From Orbicella franksi (taxonomy: Eukaryota): a stretch of 64,000 bases of DNA. The notes beneath the pieces were generated by a model that saw nothing but the letters and a program-made list of their open reading frames with translations, searched no databases and was not told the origin of the DNA. The position numbers were made by a program, and so were the translations under genes. The stretch spans positions 3,596,001 to 3,660,000 of the forward strand of contig OZ116712.1 in assembly GCA_964199315.1 (NCBI GenBank), written 5' to 3'. Each line of letters opens with the position of its first letter. Position 1 is the first letter of the stretch. Positions 1 to 10,300 of the stretch are shown piece by piece.

Positions 1-573
1 GTTTATGGGTGGACAGATGTTTTGGATCAACACTGAAAATGCTTGCAAAAGAGGCTACTTATTCTAATGTATTTTACGTGCAATATATATAGAGACAAGC
101 AGTTCCACATTGGAAAGAAGTGCTGTCTCATAAGAAACCTTACCTATAGCCTTGAGTGAAATGCACTGAAGAAGGTCTGTAAGCTCGTACAACTTGAATA
201 CATGCAAATTTTCCCAGCAGGCAGACATACATCAACATCAAGATCTGGGTGTATGTATGTTGGGGGGGGGGGTGGCGGGCGGGGGGGGGGAGTAGTCTAT
301 TAATTTTTTTGGCAGGAGTGTCTTGTGTGACCCAAGAACCCTTAGCCTTTACCACTCCATGTTCAGCTGCAATTTTGCAACGGGCAACGAAATCCAACAA
401 AAACAGCCTACGCTTTCTGAGATAAGTGCGACCTTGCGTGGTACGAACCCCGCTTGTTTTAACAGTCCTTAAAAATACACCAATAATTACAAGTTCGTCA
501 ACATGTTTCATCTCTAGATTACTTAATCCACGAGTTTGACCATAGGTCTCCTTTGATTCAAACTAATAGCGGC

Positions 574-822
574 ATGTACCGCTCATAAGCAAGGTTTATA
601 TTGAATTTATTTTCTTATCTGTGATTACATATTTGTCTATAAAAGGATGAAAACAATATAACCAAAATTAATTTTAAAAGCATCTGTCATTGTAGCCCAG
701 TATTGTATTGAATTTCAATTCAATAAGGTCGAAATATGAACCTTGAGTAATTGAACAATTAGCACTAGTCAGTCAACAAAGTAAGAATATAAAGGAAAAT
801 TTGTCATTTGTGTATGTACTTA
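574..822. repeat. Diverged ~250-bp direct repeat, copy 1 (copy 2 at 2583-2839)
   Basis: Shared colinear blocks ATGTACC, TGTGATTACATATTTG, CTATAAAAGGATGAAAACAATAT, AATATGAACCTT, AATTGAACAATTA and TTTGTCATTTGTG.ATGTACTTA in both copies. Confidence 0.85.
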
Positions 823-1097
823 TAATCAAGATGTTTGCGGAAAGAGAGATTGTAAATCTCCATATGCCTGCTTTTCAGACTTTCATATAGTTTAAAATTG
901 AAAGGCTATGTACTACTTTAATTATGCCAGAAAAAAAATAACTCGTTTCTCTTCATTTTTAAAATTATCGTCAACATATCCACATTAAAGTTTTCAATTT
1001 GTATTTATACGAACCAAGTCAGTTGTAATATTCAGTTCCATTATCAAAAACTCATTACTTCATTGGATTATTGGAGACGAACCTTAACATTGCAACT

Positions 1098-1154
1098 CTG
1101 ATGAAGGTGGGCAGAAGCCACCGAAAATTCGGTATAGAAAACACAGATCGGATA
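1098..1154 (+). ncRNA. Degenerate hammerhead-ribozyme-like motif
   Basis: CTGATGA-A-GGTGG-gcagaag-CCACC-GAAA followed by a possible stem III (ATTCGGT/ATCGGAT). No convincing stem I. A related copy lies at 34007-34067 at the end of a Penelope-like fragment. Confidence 0.4.
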
Positions 1155-1346
1155 ACAAAAAACCTTAAGGAATTAGGGACTTATACTACATTCATACAGC
1201 AGCTTTGTACATGTAAATTAAGTGTGTAGTTTACCTGATAAATTTATTATACATGCTTTCTTACATTTTGAATGCTTCTCTACGAATATATGTACTCATT
1301 TATGACTTATGACTTTGAATATTAAATACATATTCGCATAAAAGAT

Positions 1347-2288
1347 CTAGTTGTCTTTGCAGAGTATTATTTTAACTAATCTTTTAATTTCATTTCGGAT
1401 ATCGTTCATTCTCCACAAGTAAAGAAATGGATTAAGTGAAGAAGACAAAAATACAATCATTAAAGATAGATCAAGTAATGACGACGTCAGAGACTTGTAC
1501 TCACTTCCCAAAGCTACCGACACCGCAAAGATTATAAAAATGGGGGAGTAACTAACATAAAAAATCGCTAAGATATATAGGACGGTGTGCACAGATTTTC
1601 TGTACTTAGCAACGTTGATCGTTGGTTGAGCAGAGGGTCGAGATAAACAGTTGAGTTGAATCTGCTGCTGATGATTTCGGATTATTCGAAAAACTTTAAC
1701 GTAAGCTGTTGAGGTAACAATAACGCAAGCCAATAGGAATGACATGGAAGCGATCTCTGTTCCAGGTTCGTTATTGAAAACGGACAGTACGCGACATATT
1801 GGAGACGGTAGTATGATGAGATAAAGTACTGCCAGTGTAGAGTAGACGCGAGGCACTGTAAGCAGAGAACGTCGGGTCATATGCAGCCAACGTTCGATGG
1901 ACATTAATGTAATGATGGAAGTCGTCATGGGAATAAAGTACGTTGCAGACCCGCTGGCGATTGCTACTACTGTTGGGTTAACAGGCGAACCTGATAGGTT
2001 CATTAACTCCATCGCAGCGTAAAATGGCTGAGATATGAGTCCTGTGCCGAAGTCAGTAAAAGCCAAGCCTGCGAGCAGAATGTAAGATGGTGTTCGGAGA
2101 GACGGATTCCTCCAAATTGCCGCCAAAACCAGAGCATTTCCGACCACTGCTACTGGCGATAAAATAGCCATAGCAATGGAAGCTGACCAACTTATCACGA
2201 TGTAAGAAGAAAAACTGTGGATTTTCTCGTCATTTTCGAAGTTGGATCTGTTAGAGTAGCAGACACAGGCCGTTGTGTCATTGCACAT
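1347..2288 (-). CDS. Class A GPCR, cluster member 1 (313 aa, single coding exon)
   Basis: 7 hydrophobic segments; GN in TM1, LAFTD in TM2, SIERW in TM3, SYSP in TM6, LNPFLY in TM7; N-terminal N-glycosylation sequons. Confidence 0.95.
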   Translation of the reverse strand: MCNDTTACVCYSNRSNFENDEKIHSFSSYIVISWSASIAMAILSPVAVVGNALVLAAIWRNPSLRTPSYILLAGLAFTDFGTGLISQPFYAAMELMNLSGSPVNPTVVAIASGSATYFIPMTTSIITLMSIERWLHMTRRSLLTVPRVYSTLAVLYLIILPSPICRVLSVFNNEPGTEIASMSFLLACVIVTSTAYVKVFRIIRNHQQQIQLNCLSRPSAQPTINVAKYRKSVHTVLYILAIFYVSYSPIFIIFAVSVALGSEYKSLTSSLLDLSLMIVFLSSSLNPFLYLWRMNDIRNEIKRLVKIILCKDN

Positions 2289-2308
2289 GGCTACCTTTTT
2301 GCTATGAT

Positions 2309-2490
2309 AAAAGGAAGAGAGGCCGTCCCAAATCCACCAGGAGGAGGACTGCAGAGGATTAACCTCAGGGTGTAAACCTTAACTGGGAGCAAGCTGCAGG
2401 GCTTGTAAAGGACTGACAGGAATGGAGAAAGTTTGATAATGTCCTATGCGCTACTTGGCGTTTAAAGAACTGATGATGATAACGATGATA
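2309..2490 (+). mobile_element. 5'-truncated RTE-type non-LTR retrotransposon 3' end
   Basis: Translates as KRKRGRPKSTRRRTAED*PQGVNLNWEQAAGLVKD*QEWRKFDNVLCATWRLKN*, resembling the RTE ORF C-terminus, followed by a (TGA)n-like tail. Confidence 0.8.
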
Positions 2491-2582
2491 CTGAACTCTC
2501 TCGTATGATACGACTTTCGGCTGCCTTACCAGAGGAAAACTATCTCAGACTTCTCGCTAAACGTCTGCAAACGAATAGTTGA

Positions 2583-2839
2583 ATGTACCGATCATGGGCA
2601 AGGTTCATATTAAATTTCTCTTTCTTTTGTGATTACATATTTGCCTATAAAAGGATGAAAACAATATCCCTGAAATTAATTTCTACTAATGCATTTTGAG
2701 AGCTTCCGTAGTTGGAGACCTGTTTTATGTTGGATTTCAATTAAGTCAAAATATGAACCTTTTATAATTGAACAATTAACATCGGTCGGTAAACAACGCA
2801 AAAATAGAAATGAACATTTGTCATTTGTGCATGTACTTA
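2583..2839. repeat. Diverged ~250-bp direct repeat, copy 2
   Basis: Colinear with 574-822. Confidence 0.85.
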
Positions 2840-2864
2840 ATATATATATTTAACCAAGCCTAAG

Positions 2865-3469
2865 AGCGGAGCTCGTGGGCCGGGTTGTTCAAAGCCCGAT
2901 CAAGCTAACCCAGGATAAGCGAGAATTTTGATCTGAATTTTGTAAATTTGCGTTAAGATTTTCTGTATATTGTTTAGCTCTCTATTTTGAGTTAAAATAA
3001 TCTCAAACTACACAAAACAAAAACAGTGAAAAACATTTTTGTACAACAAGTTCACCTGACATAAGCTGCTATCCAACCGAAAACTAGCACTTGGTCAGCG
3101 GTCAACTTTAAAAAAGCACGAGGCCTCGATGAGCTATAAACTCGAGCCTGCGATATGGTCACCTGAAACTGGTCAGCGGATACCTTGTTTTGACAGGTGT
3201 AAATTGACCATAACAGGGATGTCCAATGTCAAAAAAAGGACGCTATAAACCAAGGCTGCATGTCTCTGTCAAGCTATTAGCTGGAGTATGGCCGTCATCT
3301 TGGGCAACTCCGCCGCCGCCGCCATCGTCGTCATCGTTGTGCATACACTCCCACGAACAATACCGCTAGCCATGATAACCATGCATGAAAAAGTCAATTT
3401 ATGGGTTTCCTTTTTTTCCTATATGGGTGTGGTACTCCCCTTGGCGGTACGGACCGCCCGAGCTCCGCT
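2865..3469. mobile_element. Composite non-autonomous element with TIR AGCGGAGCTCG/CGAGCTCCGCT and a nested MITE fragment at ~2878-3050
   Basis: 11-bp inverted termini at 2865-2875 and 3459-3469. The internal 3060-3400 part is homologous in reverse orientation to intron sequence at ~10790-11150 and ~11695-12055. The nested part starts GGGCCCGGGTTGTTCAAAGCCC, like the MITE at 27953. Confidence 0.65.
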
Positions 3470-4152
3470 ATAATCAAGTTTAGACACTGAAGTTAACTAA
3501 AATTTTTTTTTTAAAGCCTCAGGTATGGCTTTGAATACAAACTGCAATTTGCTATAATCAACAACAACGGGTTTCCGTTTGTTAAGTTATAACATTATTC
3601 TTTTGGAATTCGCGTTATCTTCCAATAAAATCCATTTAAAACTAAGTGGGCTAATTAGATTGTGTTTAAACCTCGAGAGGTTTAATACATAACATATGCG
3701 AACTAGTAGTAGACAAGAAATAACTTTGAGATAAAAACACACAATTTTAAATTTGCATAACATGTTTCCAATGACCCGGCAACAGCCGTCTTCAGTGCAA
3801 TCCCGTGTAATTTTAAAAATACAAAACAGGCATTATTTTTTCCTCTATTCAGTAGATAAGGTGTTAACCGAAGTTCAAGAATTCTTGCTGGATTTTTAGG
3901 GCCTAATTTCATCATATTCCGGATAGAACCGAACCATAACTTACTTAGTAAGTAGTATTGGCCGATAAAATAAAATATGTTGCTTTTGTGATACTAAGAG
4001 ATCTCTCAGGGGATCAAAAAAAGTGGGAATTAAATGATTTGCTAAGGGAAAAGAATTTAGAAGACTTGAAATCAGATTTTTTTTATAACAATCATTTGTT
4101 CCAACACGGTCACGTTGAGCTAAGTCATGGCATTTGACTTACTTTGGCCATG

Positions 4153-4355
4153 TACATAATTACCTTTAAACCAAAGGAAACCTGAAAGTAGGAGTTAACT
4201 AAGATAGAAAAACACCGGAGAGATAATAACAAACTATAAGAGAACAAGGATAGTTGGGGATGGAGACGATAAGTAGACAACAGGGATTACAAACGAGGAA
4301 CTTGAAAAATTTAGGCTAAACTTTTCAAGACGTGAAGCCGTGACGTAGCTCCTTT
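4153..4355. repeat. Dispersed ~200-bp repeat (second copy 9401-9596)
   Basis: Shared AATTACCTTTAAAC..AAGGAAACCTGAAA, GGATTACAAACGA and AATTTAGGCTAAACTTTT...TAGCTCCTTT. Confidence 0.85.
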
Positions 4356-4598
4356 GACACTTAATCGTGCGTCACATTTCATTCCGTTATGAAGACATTG
4401 CGTACAAATCTGATTTTTGATAATCAGAATAAAAGTTGCGCAACAAGGCTTCATAGTGAGTTGAAAAGCGTTGTTATGAATATTGCCACCCATGTTACAG
4501 TCTGCGACGACATGCTGCGCGAAGTGGACGTGAGTTCTGAACCTTGTGCAACATTTTGGTAACATGAGTGGTAATACCCGCGATAACGCTTTCAAGTA

Positions 4599-4742
4599 AC
4601 ATATCAAACACGGGAGACATTGTTTCATCGGGATATCCAAACACCGAGAAGACAGTTGAAAATGCGACGCAGCGGAGTATTTTTGACGAATATCGGGGTG
4701 TTTAGATAGCCAATGAAACACTGTCTCGAGTGTTTGATATGT
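4599..4742. mobile_element. Palindromic MITE (related copies at ~31245-31335, ~40465-40570, ~56945-57065)
   Basis: ~30-bp imperfect TIR ACATATCAAACAC.GGAGACA..GTTTCAT / ATGAAACACTGTCTCGAGTGTTTGATATGT. Confidence 0.75.
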
Positions 4743-6005
4743 CTTCTAAATCGAAACAAATACCAAGGAGTAAACGAACAAGTAAAATCGTCGAAATCTA
4801 TGCTAATTAAGGCAGGGTGTCCAATCTCCTTCACGATTGCGATTTTCTTTGTTTTAGCTTGACGCATTTATGAGTTTGAGAACTTGCAATGCAACATTGT
4901 TGCGCAACTATTTGTAAAAAAAAAATGTTCTCATATGTACTTTGCCTTAAATTTGCAAGATTTTTTTCCTTGTGAAAATGTTTAATTTTCGCATGGAGTC
5001 TGATGTTTCGTGTTTTTTTTTTTGGGCCATGTGGGGGCTGAAACGTTCTTAAGATATTCTTAGTCATCATTTCTGGCATTTCACTGCATGAGTCAATGGC
5101 TACGTGACCAGCGCATACAACTTAATAAGATGTCCTATAATGATCCATGCAATAAGACGAACTCGCTGTCTATGGTCATTTATCATTCATCATTCATCAT
5201 TCATCATTTATCATCAAGTACAACGCTAAAAGCCTTTCGATATTAGACTTTATAGACTTAAGTCTTATATTTCTCCAGAACTCATACAGCTGTCTTTTTT
5301 TCTTCAAAATGTTGTCAAAAAATTTTCTTTAGTAATTCTCGGCACGATGTGTGTTTTACATTTGATGTTAAAACTAGCGTTGATCACACCTTAACGTTCC
5401 AGGCTCTTTCAAGAAAGAGTGTGTTCTAGTGCAGTAAAACTGATCCAGGACATTAGCTGCATAGGACGTTTTAATCATATTAAAAGTCATCATTGCATCT
5501 AAAACACATGCAAGCATTCCCGCAGGTTGTGAGCAGAAGTTTCTGGGCAAGACAGAAATGCGATCTGGGGACACAGAAAGATCTAAGTGGGCAACAAGAG
5601 AAAGAAAGGTAGACAGGTGGGATATATATTACAAAGAGACCTGCAAAGACACAAATCGGTAAATTAAAAGGCGACAGGTTCCATTTAACCTAAATGTTTA
5701 TTACTTTAAATAGCTAAGTACGATCCATTTTCAGTGGAGTCCTTAGTTACCAAGTAAACAAACGGAAGTTTACAGTGTTACCTCATTGTCTATTAGACAG
5801 ACTTGGTATGGGTATTGGTATAACAATGGCAAGCGTAGTTTATTATTTGCACTACGAGCGATATTTGAAAATTCTCTCAAAATTGCGTAAGCCTTATTTA
5901 AGGACAGTGAAATTTGAAAAATTTTAATAATTACGAGTAATGCAACTATGACTCGTATACGATTACTTATTTATTATGACTGGGAAAATTATGAACACAC
6001 GCACG

Positions 6006-6565
6006 TTAATTTGCATTGCAGTCAGGTCTTTTCGCAAATATCACGTAAGCTCGCCTAAATATCTTTCTGGGAATTCTAAAACAATCTTCTAAATATCACT
6101 AAACAAGTTTCTAAATATCTCGAAAAACCCTCTAAATATGTATTATTTTTTTCATAAAAAGCACCGATTTCGAATCGCTTTGGCCAAAATTTGCAGAATT
6201 TTCTTGCACTGGTAGGACTTGGGGAAGAACATTCATGCACTCAGACGTTTCCAGCGTCCCCCATTTGGGAAAATTGCCACCTTAGCACTTTCAATGATAT
6301 GAATTACATTTTTCGAGTTGGAAATCGCTGAGCTGAATTGTTTCTGGCATAGAGCTGAGTATTGTTTCAAGAATACAGCGAGGAAAATAGAACGCAAGGC
6401 TAAGCCAGAAAAAAAAATTTAAAAAAAAAAAAAAAAAATCATGAATATTTCTAAAATATCCCTGAATTCTAAATATCTTAATATTTTCTACATATCTCGA
6501 AAAGTTCTTAATATCCCCCCAAATATCCGGATATTTTGGAAAGGCTTAATTACGGTGCAAATTAA
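6006..6565. repeat. Element with ~10 copies of a CTAAATATC-like motif in two blocks, bounded by a 10-bp inverted repeat
   Basis: Motif copies at 6034, 6055, 6089, 6111, 6132, 6451, 6469, 6488, 6507 and 6519; TTAATTTGCA at 6006-6015 and TGCAAATTAA at 6556-6565. Confidence 0.6.
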
Positions 6566-7019
6566 AAATTAACGACAATTTGCCTGCTTTCAGCCAATCC
6601 TAATGAAGTAATTTTTTCAGTCATATAATACTAACGATTGATTGTGGCGAAAATCTTAGGCCTTTTCTCCCCTCGCTTACGTCTCCCCATTGGCTTGAAG
6701 AGACACCGAAGAACTATACGTTATCGCCCAAGAACCAATACACCATTAGCTCGTGTAGAAGAGAGATCCTCATTGGCCCGCTTTAGTTTAAAATTCAACT
6801 GAAAAACTGGAAAAGCAGCAAACAATGTGAAATGCGAATAGGTCAGATATAGTTATCAAATTATATTACATATCTTAACTGACCACTCCCCCAATGGGGC
6901 TTTTCAGGGCCAATGAAACGAATGGTCAACGGGTGGTCTCTTAAAAACACTTAAGAGGAAACGTAAAGAAAATTCCACTCACTTTTGACATCACGAAGAT
7001 AAAAGAGAGGCTTACAAAA

Positions 7020-7394
7020 ATGTTACAATGTGGGTTGTGTTTCGCTCTCTTTCTACTATCTTCTGCAAGCGCAAAACAGAACGATCATCAGCTTGATGGG
7101 AGTCGTGGTTTAAAGAGAGGCGTTCATGTGCGTGGAAATCGCGTCTCGTACGGCCATTTTTCAGTGGAGAAGTTCCATCGTCTTCAAGTATCAGTTGGTT
7201 CATCGTGTGTAGTGAGCAGTTACAGAGACTGCGCTCTGAACTGTGTTAACACTCCGCCATGCTCTTCGTTTAATGTGGCCTCGTCTCCTCGTTCAGACGG
7301 AAAATACCGATGTGAGTTGTTAGACGAAGACAAGTACTCAGCAAACCCAGCCCAGCTGGTCAGCTCACAGGAATACCATTATTACAGCATCAAG
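7020..7394 (+). CDS. Exon 1: signal peptide plus PAN/apple-like domain
   Basis: [18 protein letters not shown] signal-like peptide; C..C/C.SFN/CELL Cys pattern; donor CAAG/GTATTT at 7395 (phase 0). Confidence 0.85.
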
Positions 7395-10300
7395 GTATTT
7401 AACAGAAAAAAAATGACTAAAACTAACTTTGAAATTCCTACAAACATATACACCACCTATATATTTGAGAGGTACGAGCTTATTTTGATAGCTATAAATG
7501 GACTAAATTCGAAGAAAAAGTGGCAAGTAAGTAAATTTAATATCTCTTCGGACACAGCCACCATTTTTTTGCACGCTAAACTAGTTCCTTGAGCGGTCCG
7601 AATAGTTTGCAATACGGACCGCTAAGATGGACCGCTTAAGAATTAGTCTCAGCGAATTGCTTTACAAAAATTACACAGAAGAAAAAATATTTTTTCACTT
7701 CATATTCGGTGGACAATTCGGATTTAATTTCATGAAAGCCACTTGAAAAATGTAAATGAATGCTTATTTTAGCCTGAGCATGCGCGTTTACAGAGAATGA
7801 ATTCTGATAGGGATGCTATAATTAATCAGCGAGTTTTACAGTTGTTAAAGATCCATTATATTAAATACTCTTTTGAAACACCTCTTTTGGTCGGTATTGG
7901 GCAATGGCGATCAAATTGTTTTCTTGTAACTTTATCCACAGACTTGCAAGCAATGGACTCAACCAATATTGCCTAATACAGATTCCACGCTAGTTCAATA
8001 ATTTATTCGTATCACGTATCACCGATACCCATTTAGACCCATTTGAGTCTGCAGGCCACGAGCAACCCTAGTTATTTCCTTAGGTCGGCCAAGAGCTCGA
8101 CGGATTAAGCAAAAAGAAAAGCGACTGCTGTTAGCCTGTGTTTTAACCTGCGTTTGGAAGATTACACAGATTTAAAGACAGGCAAGCTATGCAATAGTTT
8201 ACACTCCTTAATTAACGCGATCTAACAGGTACTCAGATATTAAATTGCGTATTAGATACAACCGCGGAAGATGTAAAACACGGAACTTTGAAAATTGCAT
8301 AATAATAGGAGACTTCACGAAATTTGTAAGATTTAAGTGACTTTATTGAAAGCCACTGTTACTTAAAAAGATAGAAAGAAGTGTGAAAAAGTCAACGTTC
8401 TGACGTATTGAAGATTTAGGAATAACAGAGAATCAGCCTTTTTTCCATGGTTTTTCTACTGAAGCTAGCAGTGGTGACGACAAGACCTGTCTATGTAGAT
8501 AAATAAATACATAAATTAATGTGGACAAAATTTAGATGGAATGTTGAAACATTTTCTTAGAATCATGGAAAAAAGCTAGAAGAGCAAGAATTTATTTGTA
8601 AAAAAATTGCTGATTGCAAAAACGTTATAATTGAACAGAAGAAGTTTTAAGACGTTTATGTGCCTGACAAGGTTTCCAGCATTTTCAGCGCTTCGCCTTC
8701 GATGGATCATTACTACGATTTTTTGTAGTCGATACCATAAATGACCATGAAAAAAAAAAAAAAAAAAAATTCACCGATGACTGAGCATTTGTTGAAAAAG
8801 TACGCACCATAGTTTTGGCCTTCCAGAGTGGAAAATATGCAGGAATTATACTGTTGTTAGCCACCTTTAACTCTGCTAAAACTGTATTACAAGGTGTTAT
8901 GTGCTAATATTGTTCCGAGTATGCTCTACCCGATGGTCTAATGACTCAGTTTCTCATTTCTAGCATCGAAAATAGCATATTTCCCTTACATTTGTCTCTG
9001 GTTAACTTCTGTGCATAGTCACGCCTCGTAACTTGGTTAGTTATGCAAATTTAAACCGCTGGCAGCTTATTTTGTAACCTGCTAAATATGATCTCTTCAG
9101 TTTTGACACTGAGTTTCAACGTGAAATGAAATAAGGCAAAGCAACTTCAAGTTAGAAAAGCTCAGTGTCCAACCAGTTTAAATTTGAACATGTAGCTTTT
9201 TAGGCTTCCTGTATAAGGTGGTCACTTAGCAGTAACGTTTAAAACACAACAAAGACCAGGATGTGAATTAAACCATGTCTTGAAATTTCCATTGAAATAA
9301 TTTAAATTTAGATAGAGGACATCCCAGAAATATTAAGCAATTTTGAAAGAACCACTTCTTAAAGGGACACAATCCGGATAATTTGAGTTATTTTGGACGC
9401 GTACAAAATTACCTTTAAACTGAAGGAAACCTGAAAAGAGTAGTCTACAAAGATAAAAAACGCTAAAAGAGACAACGAAAAACAACAAAGGAACAAGGAT
9501 GGATTATGATCGAGAAGATAGACACGGATTACAAACGACGAGCTTGAAGAATTTAGGCTAAACTTTTCTCGGTGAAAAACGTGACATAGCTCCTTTAGGA
9601 TATTGAATTATTATTGACAATTGATTAACGTGTAATGCTTTTTTCTCCCTCAAATTCCATAAAAATACCATAAAGTATACCTGACGCGTTGCTGGAAGTT
9701 TGTGTACACATCCTCACTTTTTGTTTTTGCTTTGTTTTTTTTTTTTTTTACAGGCACCATGCTCAAGCTTACCTTGTCAAAACGGTGCAAAGTGCGTTCC
9801 CAATTATAGTGAAAATGAATACCAATGTGATTGTGTTCCTGGCTACACAGGAAGACACTGTGAAACAGGTAAGAGATATGGATGAAACTGAATATTTACT
9901 TCTTATATCCCGAGGAACCCCAGAAACACCACTACCTTGGATTAATTATTGCTGTGGCGCAACTTTGTAAAATATTGCGGAATGATCAGTATTATTTTCC
10001 TCGCAAGCGGGACAGGCTGAAACCCGCGACTTACGATAATGTTAGCAATGTTATCTGCTTTTTTGTATCTTGTTTACCCGTTTTTTGTCGAATATTGGGC
10101 GCGTGGTAAGTGCTAATGTTTTGCAAAAACTGTTCTACTTTAGCGAGAGAGCATGAAGAGTAAGAGAGATAATCCCCTTATAGCCTTTCTATCCAAAGGG
10201 GATACCTCTCAAGTTACTTTAAGTGGTGGATATTTCTCTCACCGCTTCGCGGCTCAGTAATATCCACCATTAGCCACTTCCACTGCAAGGAATAATTGTT

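Noticed and set aside
262-290. G-rich tract with G-quadruplex potential
   Set aside because: Simple homopolymer runs with no linked feature; homopolymer length is unreliable.
7395-7592. C-terminal 65 aa of the 190-aa ORF at 7020
   Set aside because: Read-through into intron 1 past the GT donor at 7395; no domain features.
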